A stretch of 64,000 bases of DNA, taken from assembly GCA_963664815.2 (NCBI GenBank), contig CAXXHB010000003.1, forward strand, positions 3,808,001 through 3,872,000, read 5' to 3'. The stretch's first letter is position 1. Each line of letters opens with the position of its first letter. This DNA comes from Spirochaetota bacterium. GTDB lineage: Bacteria; Spirochaetota; UBA4802; UBA5550. Under the pieces are notes generated by a model. It ran no database searches, was not told the origin of the DNA, and saw only the letters and a list, made by a program, of their open reading frames with translations. Shown piece after piece: positions 20,926-30,609 of the stretch. Position numbers and translations under genes: made by a program.

Positions 20926-21813
20926 TCAGGGTATCCCTTTTAATACAAGGTAATAATAAAAGAAAGGCAGCGAGAACATTATTGCATCAAAAACATCCCA
21001 CATACCGCCATGTCCGGGAATTATAGATCCTGAATCTTTATATCCGCCATCCCTTTTAACTGCCGATTCAACAAGATCACCGATATTTGCGAGTACACTG
21101 AAAATTATACCAAGAATTGTACATTCAATCATTGAAAAAAGTTCCCTTGAATAAAATGAAGCACATACCTGGTTGGCAAGAATAAATCCTACAATACTGA
21201 AAAGCAGGCCTGAGAAATACCCCTCCCACGACTTATTCGGTGAAGCCTCCATCCCGGCTTTATGCTTACCGAAAAGCACTCCGCCGAAGTACGCCCCTGT
21301 ATCATTAAGCATTACCACAACGAGAAGAATCATTATATAATAAATTCCATCCTTTAAAGACTTGAGCAGAATCAGATGCGATATGGAAAGAACAAGATAC
21401 ATAACACCAAAAACCGTTACCGCAAGTGAGTAAGTCCCGCCCTTCAGCGGCCTGGTAAAAAGCTGCTCTGCAAGAATTACCGCTGCAAAAACCATAAAAA
21501 ACGCGAGCATAATCCTTCCGTCAAATTCGCCGAAAAACCTTGAAAATCCCAGTGGTTTTCCAAAAGCATATAAATACATCAACAGATTAAGCATTAAGCC
21601 GAAAATAAGCCCTGTCCTTACGAAAGCCCTGCCATTTTCACCCCTGTCGGACATCATATAGTATTCATAAAGTGAAATTAACGAGATTAAAATCGAGGCA
21701 AAAAGGATAGGGGTAGATAAAAAATCATCAGTTATCAGCAAATAAGCCAGTACCGGCAGTGCCACTATTGCGCTTATTATTCTTACAAAAGTTTCTCTGT
21801 TTAATCCGCTCAT
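20926..21813 (-). CDS. cdsA: Phosphatidate cytidylyltransferase
   Basis: NDTGAYFGG, SPNKSWEG, GDLVESAVKR, KDSGSIIPGHGG. Confidence 0.95.
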   Translation of the reverse strand: MSGLNRETFVRIISAIVALPVLAYLLITDDFLSTPILFASILISLISLYEYYMMSDRGENGRAFVRTGLIFGLMLNLLMYLYAFGKPLGFSRFFGEFDGRIMLAFFMVFAAVILAEQLFTRPLKGGTYSLAVTVFGVMYLVLSISHLILLKSLKDGIYYIMILLVVVMLNDTGAYFGGVLFGKHKAGMEASPNKSWEGYFSGLLFSIVGFILANQVCASFYSRELFSMIECTILGIIFSVLANIGDLVESAVKRDGGYKDSGSIIPGHGGMWDVFDAIMFSLPFFYYYLVLKGIP

Positions 21814-22529
21814 ATGCCGCCATATCTCCTTTCTCTTTTCTGGTATTCCGCTATAGCATGATAAAGGTCCTCAGGCTTGAATTCCGGCCAGAGAACATCG
21901 GTAAAAACAAGTTCAGCATATGCAAGCTGCCAGAGAAGAAAATTGCTTATCCTGTATTCACCGCTTGTCCTGATTACAAGATCAAGCTGAGGCATTCCTG
22001 AAGTATAAAGATATTTTTCCAGTTTTTTTTCGGTAATCTTTTCACCGGATCCGGCTCTGGTTACCCATTCATTTACAGCTTTTACAATCTCCTGCCTTCC
22101 CCCATAATTGACACAGAAATTTAAAATCAAACCCTTGTTGGATGATGTTTCTTCAACTGCTTTTTGTATTGTGTTTCTTGTGGATGGAGGAAGCTTCGAC
22201 AGTGAACCGGAGTGTCTTATCCGGATTTTCTTTTCTTTAATAGAATCAAGCTTTGTGGAAAAAAAATATTCAAGAAGATCCCATAAACCCCTGATTTCGC
22301 CCACCGGTCTTACCTTTATATTTTCGACAGAAAGGGCGTAGAGAGAAACCGCCTTTATACCGAGTTCAATAGCGCAGTCCATTAAGGGTTCAATTACATC
22401 AGCCCCGGCTTTGTGACCTTCACTTCTGGGGATATTTCTCTTTTTAGCCCACCTGCCGTTGCCATCCATTATGATACCAACATGTAGGGGAATAGGTTCC
22501 GGCTGTAATAACTCTTTTTTATTTGTCAT
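21810..22529 (-). CDS. uppS: Undecaprenyl diphosphate synthase
   Basis: HVGIIMDGNGRWA, NYGGR, IRTSGEYRISNFLLWQ. Confidence 0.96.
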   Translation of the reverse strand: MTNKKELLQPEPIPLHVGIIMDGNGRWAKKRNIPRSEGHKAGADVIEPLMDCAIELGIKAVSLYALSVENIKVRPVGEIRGLWDLLEYFFSTKLDSIKEKKIRIRHSGSLSKLPPSTRNTIQKAVEETSSNKGLILNFCVNYGGRQEIVKAVNEWVTRAGSGEKITEKKLEKYLYTSGMPQLDLVIRTSGEYRISNFLLWQLAYAELVFTDVLWPEFKPEDLYHAIAEYQKRERRYGGI

Positions 22530-22697
22530 TCAGGTTTATTTTTTTCCACTTAGCTGGTTTATCTTCTGATATTTCTCTGGTTCTGAATAAAATTATTACA
22601 ACTTCACAGCGATCCAGTACGCTGCACCCTGCATCTGTAGATAGTAAAATTCTTAATTCTCACCCGCCTGGTTGATGCAGGGGCTTTTACGTTCATT

Positions 22698-23261
22698 TTA
22701 TAAACTCAATATCTCTTTTTCTTTATTATCAGTCAGCTTCTGAGTATCCTCAATAAACTTATCCGTAATTTTCTGTATTTTATCCTGTGTAGATTTTGAA
22801 TCATCCTCTGAAATCTCTTTATCTTTCTCCAGTGATTTTATCATATCATTTCCATCACGCCGGATGTTCCTTATGGAGACTTTGCACTCTTCAGCCTTGT
22901 TCTTTGCAAGCTTCACATACTCCTTTCTTCTCTCCTCTGTGAGTTCAGGAATCTGAATCCGGATAAGGTTCCCGTCATTTGAGGGATTTACAGAAAGATC
23001 AGATTTTAAAATTGCCTTTTCAACCTCACCGAGGTTACTTTTATCCCATGGCTGAATAACAACAAGTCTTGGCTCAGGAACAGAAATAGTTGCCACCTGG
23101 TTCATCGGCATTTCAGATCCATACACATTGACTCTAAGCGCTTCAAACATGGCCGGATTTGCCCTTCCTGTACGAATTACGGAAAAATCCTTTTGAAGGC
23201 TTTTAATACTTTTATTCATTCTCTCTTCAACGTCGTGCAGAATGTCATTAATCATAAACAT
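22698..23261 (-). CDS. frr: Ribosome recycling factor
   Basis: IRTGRANP, PELTEERRKE, IRNIRRD. Confidence 0.97.
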   Translation of the reverse strand: MFMINDILHDVEERMNKSIKSLQKDFSVIRTGRANPAMFEALRVNVYGSEMPMNQVATISVPEPRLVVIQPWDKSNLGEVEKAILKSDLSVNPSNDGNLIRIQIPELTEERRKEYVKLAKNKAEECKVSIRNIRRDGNDMIKSLEKDKEISEDDSKSTQDKIQKITDKFIEDTQKLTDNKEKEILSL

Positions 23262-23269
23262 TTCTCCGC

Positions 23270-23992
23270 CTAGAAAATTTTAGTTCCAACTTTTTCTCCA
23301 AGAACAATCCTTTTAAGAGATCCCTTCTCAAATAAATTAAAAACCACTATAGGTAGATTATTATCCATACATAATGAAATGGCTGTTAAATCCATAACCC
23401 TCAATTGCCTTGTAATCATATCAATAAATGATATTTCAGTAATTTTCTCGGCATTTTTATCCTTTTCAGGATCGCCTGTATAAACACCGTCAACCCTGGT
23501 AGCCTTAAGAAGAACATCCGCGCCAAGCTCAACAGCCCTGAGGCTTGCAGCTGTATCCGTTGTAAAATAAGGATGTCCCGTTCCGCCAGCAGCAATTACA
23601 ATTCTGCCTTTCTTCAGATGATCTTCAGCTTTCTGTATTGTATAGGGCTCTGCTACGTGTTTCATCTCAATCGCGGTAAGTACCCTTGTAGGCTGATTCA
23701 TTTTTTCAAGTGTGTTTTCCACAGCCATGGAATTCATAACAGTGGCCAGCATCCCCATAAAATCTCCGGTTGACCTGTTGATCCCCAGAGAATCAGCCAT
23801 GGCTCCTCTGAAAATATTCCCGGCTCCGATTACCATGGCAATTTCAACCCCGAGATCAGCAACTTCTTTTATTTCAGAAGCAATCTGCTGAATAATCTCA
23901 GGGCTGATACCTGTTTTATCAGGGCCGGCGAGAGCTTCACCGCTCAATTTAAGTAAAATTCTTTTATAATGCGGCGTATTCCCTGTTTCCAT
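23270..23992 (-). CDS. pyrH: UMP kinase
   Basis: RILLKLSGEAL, GNIFRG, GMLATVMN, PYFTTDTAA. Confidence 0.97.
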   Translation of the reverse strand: METGNTPHYKRILLKLSGEALAGPDKTGISPEIIQQIASEIKEVADLGVEIAMVIGAGNIFRGAMADSLGINRSTGDFMGMLATVMNSMAVENTLEKMNQPTRVLTAIEMKHVAEPYTIQKAEDHLKKGRIVIAAGGTGHPYFTTDTAASLRAVELGADVLLKATRVDGVYTGDPEKDKNAEKITEISFIDMITRQLRVMDLTAISLCMDNNLPIVVFNLFEKGSLKRIVLGEKVGTKIF

Positions 23993-23998
23993 TTTCTG

Positions 23999-24604
23999 CT
24001 AGTTTCCTATCTGGAATCTTGCGAACTTTCCTACTGCAATATTCTCGCCAAAAATAGCTATTTTATTTTTGATCAGATCTTTGATTTTAACGCTGCCGTC
24101 TTTTATATATTCCTGTTCAAGAAGGCATACTTCAGAATAATACTTTGCAAGTTTTCCTTCAATAATTTTTTCTACAACATTTTCAGGTTTCCCGGAAGAT
24201 TTCATCTGTTCTCTGTAAATATCTTTCTCTCTCTCCTGCAATTCGGCAGGGACATCTTCTATAGAAATAAAAAGTGGATTTGCAGCAGCAATCTGCATTG
24301 CAATCTCTTTGGCAAGGATTATAAAATCCTCGTTTCTTGCAACGAAATCAGTCGCACACTTCAGCTCAACAAGTACACCTATTTTGGAATTGCTGTGTAT
24401 ATAGGAAGCAACTATCCCTTCAGTTACCTCTCTACCCATCTTTTTATCTGCAGAAGCCAGACCTTTTTTTCGTAAAAAATCAACGGCTTTATCCATATCA
24501 CCGTCTGTTTCCATAAGAGCTTTCTTACAATCAACCATACCCGCCTGTGTTTTTTCTCTGAGCTCTTTTATCATAGCACTTGTTACTTCAGCCACTTTAC
24601 TCAC
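23999..24604 (-). CDS. tsf: Elongation factor Ts (short form)
   Basis: IKELREKTQAGMVDCKKAL, TDFVARN; 201 aa; GTG start. Confidence 0.96.
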   Translation of the reverse strand: MSKVAEVTSAMIKELREKTQAGMVDCKKALMETDGDMDKAVDFLRKKGLASADKKMGREVTEGIVASYIHSNSKIGVLVELKCATDFVARNEDFIILAKEIAMQIAAANPLFISIEDVPAELQEREKDIYREQMKSSGKPENVVEKIIEGKLAKYYSEVCLLEQEYIKDGSVKIKDLIKNKIAIFGENIAVGKFARFQIGN

Positions 24605-24638
24605 TCCTGTTGTTTTTTTTCACTAACTGAATTTTAAA

Positions 24639-24670
24639 AAAAGCAGATTATTAAAGAACAATCTGCTTTT
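24639..24670 (-). terminator. rpsB-tsf intergenic hairpin/attenuator
   Basis: aaaagcagatt-N10-aatctgctttt with a U-run on the minus strand. Confidence 0.6.
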
Positions 24671-24676
24671 CCCTTT

Positions 24677-25501
24677 CTACCACTGATCCGCATCATCGGC
24701 GCGGCCGGCATCATCTTTTACGGCTTCAGCCGCGATTGCCGGTTCCGCCAATTCAGCAATTTCCTCTTTAACGATCGGATTACCATCCTCGTCTTCAAAT
24801 GCAATTTCACTGGACTGTCCGCCTGACTGTCCTTCAATAATCGCTTTTGCCATTACTTCAAGGAAAAGAGCAATTGCTCTGATTGCATCATCATTACCTG
24901 GTATAGGATAGTCAATCTCGTCAGGATTACAGTTTGTATCAACCACTGCAAAAATCGGAATTCCGAGTTTTTTAGCTTCCTGTACGGCAATATCTTCTCT
25001 TTTCGGATCTATTATAAAAAGAGCATCCGGAAGACCCTGCATGTTTTTGATACCGCTGAGGACTTTATCTTTTTTTGCAAGCTCTCTCTGAAGCTCAAGA
25101 ATTTCTTTTTTTGTTTCAGCATCCCAGGAATCTGAAGTCTGCATTTTTTCAAGTTCTTTCAATCTCTGAATTGAATTGCTTACAGTTTTAAAATTCGTTA
25201 AAAGTCCGCCAAGCCATCTTTCGGAAACATAATACATCCCGCATTTTTCCGCATATTCAACAATAGCACCCTGTGCCTGTTTTTTTGTTCCTACAAAAAG
25301 AATTTTACCATTATTAGCAGCTACATCTCTCATTGCCGCATAAGCAACTTTAATTCTCTGCATGGTCTTCTGTAAATCGATAATATGAATCCCGTTTCTG
25401 GCAGTAAATATGAATTGAGCCATTTTAGGATTCCATCTTCTTGTTTGGTGCCCGAAGTGTACACCAGATTCGAGTAATGCTTTCATTGATACAACAGCCA
25501 A
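24677..25501 (-). CDS. rpsB: 30S ribosomal protein S2
   Basis: [29 protein letters not shown]; TTG start. Confidence 0.98.
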   Translation of the reverse strand: MAVVSMKALLESGVHFGHQTRRWNPKMAQFIFTARNGIHIIDLQKTMQRIKVAYAAMRDVAANNGKILFVGTKKQAQGAIVEYAEKCGMYYVSERWLGGLLTNFKTVSNSIQRLKELEKMQTSDSWDAETKKEILELQRELAKKDKVLSGIKNMQGLPDALFIIDPKREDIAVQEAKKLGIPIFAVVDTNCNPDEIDYPIPGNDDAIRAIALFLEVMAKAIIEGQSGGQSSEIAFEDEDGNPIVKEEIAELAEPAIAAEAVKDDAGRADDADQW

Positions 25502-25797
25502 TTAGGTACCCCCTGATTTAATAATAAATTTTAACCTCTGACAGATCACAGACCGGAATAGTCGATCACAGAAGTTTCTGCGGAAGGTTTTCAGGTAAAG
25601 AGCACTCCTTAAACCCCATAAGTATTCAGTTTTTATAACTGTCCTTAGTAACCCGCTTATATTGCTGCCAGCCCTGCACAGCAAAGGTTGTAAAAATTTT
25701 GCCTGTTCAAATGGAAGAGGCAACCGGCCTTCAGACCGATTTAAATCCATATCCCGGTTATATACGCGGGATACTTTTAATAGCCGCAAGTGCGGCC

Positions 25798-26034
25798 TTA
25801 AACTTTGCGGAAAATAAGTATTCCGAGAATCAACCCGGCAATAGACGCAAAATTTAATTTTATACTGAACGTAATGATTTCAAGATTAAAACCTATGGGA
25901 CCTGTAAGGCTGGTGGTAATTTCTTTCAAGGCAGGTATAAATTTAACAATTAAGTTTCCCAACGCCGATCCGAGTACAGCTCCAAGAAGAATAAATGCTA
26001 TAAAATAACCTGTATTTGACCTTTCAAAAACCAT
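25798..26034 (-). CDS. Small membrane protein (DUF4321-like)
   Basis: ILLGAVLGS...FNLEIITFSIKLNFASIAGLILG. Confidence 0.7.
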   Translation of the reverse strand: MVFERSNTGYFIAFILLGAVLGSALGNLIVKFIPALKEITTSLTGPIGFNLEIITFSIKLNFASIAGLILGILIFRKV

Positions 26035-26090
26035 ATATAATCCTGATTAAGTACACTATTTTCCGCATGCCATAATTGTCAAGGTCTTTT

Positions 26091-27305
26091 TCAGAAAAGA
26101 TTTCTGAACCTGTAGCACAACCACTCAATAAAGAACTCAAAAGCGCTTCTTTTTTCAAATGTTTCAGATATAATCTCTTTACTATTCTCTATATCATTCA
26201 TAAAAACCTGTTCCATTTTCTCTCCAAAATTCTGGTCAAGAATTACAGCATTCATTTCCAGGTTTTTTCTGAAACTCCTTCTATCCAGATTTGAGGAACC
26301 GACGGTAGACCATATACCGTCAATTACAGCGGTCTTGGCATGTAGAACCGATTCGGAATATTCATAAATTCTGATCCCCTTTTTCATATACCTTTTATAA
26401 AGATACCTGCTTGCATATTTAACAAAAGGGATATCTGAAACGCCCGGCAGAAGAAGTCTTACATCAACTCCCCTTTCGGCAGCTTTTACAAGTGATCTGT
26501 ATATTTTAGCATCAGGTATGAAATAGGCATTTGTTATATAAACAGTATTTCTTGAGTTCTGCATGGCTGATATGTAAGACTGATGAACCGGCCTGACTTT
26601 TTTTCTGGAGCTGGTGCAGAGTATCATAAGAAGAATCTGCCCTGTTTTCCTGATCTCGGGGAAGTAGAGCCTGCTGTTCATAACCGCCCCGCCGTTTCTG
26701 TACCAGTTCTCCATAAAGAAAAACTGGATGTCACTCACGGCGGGACCTTCAATCATTATATGAGTATCCCTCCAGTTACTTCCGCTGAATTTTTCACCGG
26801 CATACTCTCTCCCGATATTAATCCCCCCTATAAACGCCTTGCGCCCGTCTATCACAAGAATTTTACGGTGATCCCTGAAGCTTATCCCCCAGTATCTCCT
26901 CCATGGGACAAATGGATGGTATTCAATTATCTCAACCCCGCTGTTCCGCATCATATTGAACATCTGGGAGGAAGCCGCTATGGAGCCAACTGAATCATAC
27001 ACTACATTGACTTCAACACCCTGCGCCGCTTTTTCTGCGAGTTTTTCAGCGATCAGCCAGCCCAGCTGGTCGCTGCTGAAAATATATGTTTCAAGATTTA
27101 TGCTCTTCTCCGCACCTTCAATTGCAGATATTATCCTGGTAAAGAAATCATCCCCCTCTGTGATCAGGGTTACACTGTTCCCGCCGGATATACCACCTAT
27201 CCCGATTTTTTTCATCTCCCGCATATACCTTGGAAGAAAAAAACGATTACGTATTTTCCTGATGCTATGCTGGGTTGAAGCAATCTGTCCGGTGATTTTC
27301 TGCAT
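26091..27305 (-). CDS. cls: Cardiolipin synthase (phospholipase D family, ClsB-like)
   Basis: Two HKD motifs: RDHRKILVIDG and LHAKTAVIDG...GSSNLD. Confidence 0.92.
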   Translation of the reverse strand: MQKITGQIASTQHSIRKIRNRFFLPRYMREMKKIGIGGISGGNSVTLITEGDDFFTRIISAIEGAEKSINLETYIFSSDQLGWLIAEKLAEKAAQGVEVNVVYDSVGSIAASSQMFNMMRNSGVEIIEYHPFVPWRRYWGISFRDHRKILVIDGRKAFIGGINIGREYAGEKFSGSNWRDTHIMIEGPAVSDIQFFFMENWYRNGGAVMNSRLYFPEIRKTGQILLMILCTSSRKKVRPVHQSYISAMQNSRNTVYITNAYFIPDAKIYRSLVKAAERGVDVRLLLPGVSDIPFVKYASRYLYKRYMKKGIRIYEYSESVLHAKTAVIDGIWSTVGSSNLDRRSFRKNLEMNAVILDQNFGEKMEQVFMNDIENSKEIISETFEKRSAFEFFIEWLCYRFRNLF

Positions 27306-27313
27306 TTAACTGA

Positions 27314-28522
27314 TTAACTCCGGTTGCTTATTTTATTTATACTGTTTTGCCCAAGACTTTTAAGTTCAACACAATCTTCAATTATAAAACCCTCTTTCCC
27401 CCTGTAACCACGCATCGGCGTGATAATGCTTCTGGACAAAATACGATCCGGGCCTGCAGCTTTTTCAGCCAGAGCAAAGCCGGCAACATCAGTCCCCGGA
27501 TTTTCGCTCCATTTGCACTCATAAAGCCTTAAACGGTCTCCTTCAGGAATAACAAAGTCTATTTCATGCCCATGATGATCTCTGAAATAATAGATCGATG
27601 GTTTCCGGCATCTGTTTGAATAATATCGTAAAAACTGCCCCAGAACATAACTCTCAAAAAAAGCCCCAATCAGCTGACTCTTTTCAATCTCTTCAGGCGA
27701 ACGGAAACCGGCAAGATACGAGGCAAGCCCTGTATCGACAAAATAGAGTTTCGGGGTTTTTACAATTCTCTTTCCGAGGTTTTCATAAAATGGTTCAAGA
27801 ATATACACAATACCGGATGCCTCAAGAACAGACAGCCAGCTCTTGACAGTATTGGGACTTATACCGAGATCCGAAGCAAAGGAATTCAGCGAAAGCATCT
27901 GACCCGACCTTACAGATGCAAGACGCAGAAACCGGTCAAAATCCCTTAGATTTTTTACCTGCAGAGCCTGACGAACATCCCGCTCCAGATATGTGGCAAC
28001 AAAATCGCCATAGTATCTTTCCGGATCAAGATTACGGCTGTGAATTTCCGGATATCCTCCAGTAAAAATCCACTGAAGTATGGTTTTTTTATCCGCCTTT
28101 ATATCATAATGCAATTCCAGCTCAGCCGCCGAAAGAGAATAGAGTTCAAAAATACCAGCCCGTCCCGCAAGACTCTCAGTTACTCCCGCCATCAGTGAAA
28201 ATTTCTGTGAACCTGTTATCAAATACCGGAGATTCTCTTCTCTGTGAGCATCTATATCGGCTTTCAGATAGCGGAATACTGCAGGGGCATATTGAACCTC
28301 ATCCAGGATAAGCGGGGGCTCATAGGTTTGCAGAAAGGTCTCTCCGGAAACCTCCGCCTCCTCTGCAATTCGGGGAATATCTAAAGATACATATTTTAAT
28401 CCGGGGTAAAGATGCCTTACAAGACTGGTTTTACCGGTCTGCCTCCCCCCTGTAATAATTGATGCGGGGCGCTGATCTGCATATATCTTCAGATGATCTT
28501 CTATTTCTCTTTTAATCCACAT
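27314..28522 (-). CDS. AAA+ ATPase (AAA_14 + DUF4143)
   Basis: GGRQTGKT Walker A, ILDEVQ, TGSQ, SLAGR, KTPKLYFVDTG, EIDFV...ECK nuclease-like tail. Confidence 0.9.
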   Translation of the reverse strand: MWIKREIEDHLKIYADQRPASIITGGRQTGKTSLVRHLYPGLKYVSLDIPRIAEEAEVSGETFLQTYEPPLILDEVQYAPAVFRYLKADIDAHREENLRYLITGSQKFSLMAGVTESLAGRAGIFELYSLSAAELELHYDIKADKKTILQWIFTGGYPEIHSRNLDPERYYGDFVATYLERDVRQALQVKNLRDFDRFLRLASVRSGQMLSLNSFASDLGISPNTVKSWLSVLEASGIVYILEPFYENLGKRIVKTPKLYFVDTGLASYLAGFRSPEEIEKSQLIGAFFESYVLGQFLRYYSNRCRKPSIYYFRDHHGHEIDFVIPEGDRLRLYECKWSENPGTDVAGFALAEKAAGPDRILSRSIITPMRGYRGKEGFIIEDCVELKSLGQNSINKISNRS

Positions 28523-28553
28523 CCGGGTAATTTGCAGTTGTACTGACGAAATT

Positions 28554-29104
28554 TCAACAATTATTTTGATGATTTGATATTAATGTATTTATTTCGGATT
28601 TTTTATACTTCTCAATTTCCGTAAAAAAAGGTGAAGATAAAAAAAGCTTACCTGTTACAATCTTTACATGACCTCTCCACGCATGAAATGAATTATTGAA
28701 TGATTCATGAGTCATCAAACCATTTACCAGTAAAAACCGATTCTTCTTAATGCGTCTTCTTGCTTTTATCAGATTATCACTTTTAAGCCTTATTTTATCC
28801 GGTAAAACCCTGTATCCAAGAAAAGTAATACCGTTGCAGGTTTTACGTACATTAGCCTTAGTCCGATGAACATTAAGCCTGTACTGTTCAAGAAATACAG
28901 TTATATTCTCTATGCACAGGCTAAGAAAATTTTTGTCATTTCCAAAAATTACAAAATCGTCAACAAAACGAATATAATTTTTTATTTTTAGCTTTTCCAT
29001 TATAAAATGATCAAGCGGAGAGAGATGTTAGCAAAGTACTGTGATGTAAGATTGCCGATTGGAAGTCCTTTTCTCCTTTGTACAGAAGTAAAAAAATCAA
29101 CCCT
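28554..29104 (-). pseudogene. DGR-type reverse transcriptase remnant (5'-truncated, frameshifted)
   Basis: Upstream frame reads [26 protein letters not shown]; frameshift near 29020 into [24 protein letters not shown]...GITFLGYRV...SFHAWRGHVK; in-frame stop at ~29123 and no N-terminal RT domains. Confidence 0.9.
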
Positions 29105-29183
29105 GATAGAGTTCTTTTTCTTTTAAAAAGAATCTAAAAGAAAAGTGTCAGTATTCCAGTCTGCCCGCAACGCTGTACCCCGG

Positions 29184-29312
29184 TCAAAGCACGGAGCGGA
29201 CAACGCGGAAACCGAAGAGGAGGCCACGATTACCCGCCCCTATACTGAGGCGATTAGCGGATCGCAGATCGCTACCAATATCGAACCAGGAGCCGCCGCG
29301 TAAAACGCGATA
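29184..29312 (-). repeat. Putative DGR variable region (VR) at the 3' end of the FGE gene
   Basis: YRVLRGGSW-FDI-G-SD-LRSANR-LSIGAG-NR-GLLF-GFRVVR; GC-richer than the rest of the gene; most variable codons end in C/T, as expected from AAY templates. Confidence 0.75.
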
Positions 29313-30575
29313 CTTTCCACTTTCTCCACCTTCAGGATCTTTAGCAGGACTCTTGATATAATACCCCTCTTCATACCGGTCCCAGCACCACTCCCAGACA
29401 TTCCCGTGCATATCGTATAATCCATAAGCATTCGGTTTAAAACTCCCCACATCTGTCGTTTTTTCCCTGTAAGCACGTTTATTCCCGTTATATGGATAAT
29501 TACCGTTAAAATTTGCCATTGTACTGTCAAGGCTGTCACCGAAATGAAATACGGTAGTTGTGCCGCCACGGCAGGCATATTCCCATTCCGCCTCTGTTGG
29601 AAGACGAAAACCGTTTCCACCAAGAATGGTGACAGTGTATTTTAAATAATCACCGGAATTTTTATTATTCGGATCTTTTTGGCTTTTATCTATTTCTATT
29701 TTATAATAAGGTTTAAGTCCATTCTTTTCACTGAGTTTATTGCAATACTCAACTGCATCGTACCAGCTTACCCTCTCAACCGGAAGATTATCACCTTTGA
29801 AATAAGATGGATCTGTTCCGGTTATATCTATGTACTGCTTCTGAGTTACCTCATACTTCCCCATCCAGTAAGATGACACTGTAACTTTATGCTGCTTCTC
29901 GTCTTTTCCTTTGTCTTTTCCTCTGTCTTTTTCACTCTCAGGGGAACCCATTGTAAATGTTCCCCCTTCGATATAGACCATCTCTGTATTTCCGATCTTT
30001 TCTGCTTTGCCTTTTTTATTTTTATCCGGCGTAACAATCTTATTTTCACTTTCAGGAACAACAACCTGTCCACCCTCTCCATGTATGTCTCTTATAATAA
30101 GATCAGCATGGCTCTTCATTGAGTTGAAGCTGAAATCTTTAATTTCGGTATTTGAACTCCCCTTCAATGTTGAACTTCCCCCCTTAACCCTCTGTATAAG
30201 AGAGACTGAAACAATATAACCCTTCCCCTCTTTCTCAATATCACCATAGAGAATAAAGTCTGTCTGGGTTGTCTCCATTATCTGGGCAAGGCACTCCTCG
30301 CTGTTGCACCCGAAAAGCTGCTGCTTCGAGGTATTGTCCAGCAGCTGGTTAATCTGGTCATCTGACATCACATCATAACGCTGCATCTTTACAAGGCTCT
30401 CAACCAAAAGTCTGGTCATCCTTGCGGCATCATCTTTTTTAACGTTTTTAGCAGCGACAAGATTTTTTATAAAGATAGTTGGCATCCCGGCAGCTTTAAC
30501 CTCCATCCCGGCGGCCGCAGCAAAAACTGCTATCGCAAGTATTATTTCAAGTCTCCTTTTCATTATATTCTCCAT
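29184..30575 (-). CDS. Exported FGE-sulfatase (C-type lectin fold) domain protein with N-terminal TolB-N/CsgG-like domain; DGR target candidate
   Basis: Signal peptide; GCNSEEC; GGTFTMGS, KYEVTQ, RLPTEAEWEYACRGG, PNAYGLYDMHGNVWEWC, RVLRGGSW. Confidence 0.9.
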   Translation of the reverse strand: MENIMKRRLEIILAIAVFAAAAGMEVKAAGMPTIFIKNLVAAKNVKKDDAARMTRLLVESLVKMQRYDVMSDDQINQLLDNTSKQQLFGCNSEECLAQIMETTQTDFILYGDIEKEGKGYIVSVSLIQRVKGGSSTLKGSSNTEIKDFSFNSMKSHADLIIRDIHGEGGQVVVPESENKIVTPDKNKKGKAEKIGNTEMVYIEGGTFTMGSPESEKDRGKDKGKDEKQHKVTVSSYWMGKYEVTQKQYIDITGTDPSYFKGDNLPVERVSWYDAVEYCNKLSEKNGLKPYYKIEIDKSQKDPNNKNSGDYLKYTVTILGGNGFRLPTEAEWEYACRGGTTTVFHFGDSLDSTMANFNGNYPYNGNKRAYREKTTDVGSFKPNAYGLYDMHGNVWEWCWDRYEEGYYIKSPAKDPEGGESGKYRVLRGGSWFDIGSDLRSANRLSIGAGNRGLLFGFRVVRSVL

Positions 30576-30609
30576 TTTTTATACCGGCAGGGTTCTGATC
30601 CCTTTAATA

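Noticed and set aside
25502-25789. 95-aa ORF upstream of rpsB
   Set aside because: No recognisable motifs, TTG start, and it occupies the expected rpsB promoter/leader
28554-29000. 148-aa ORF as a complete small RT, retron or group II intron protein
   Set aside because: Lacks the N-terminal RT domains; the [10 protein letters not shown] motif in the upstream frame and the adjacent VR point to a DGR RT pseudogene; no intron or msr-msd structure seen
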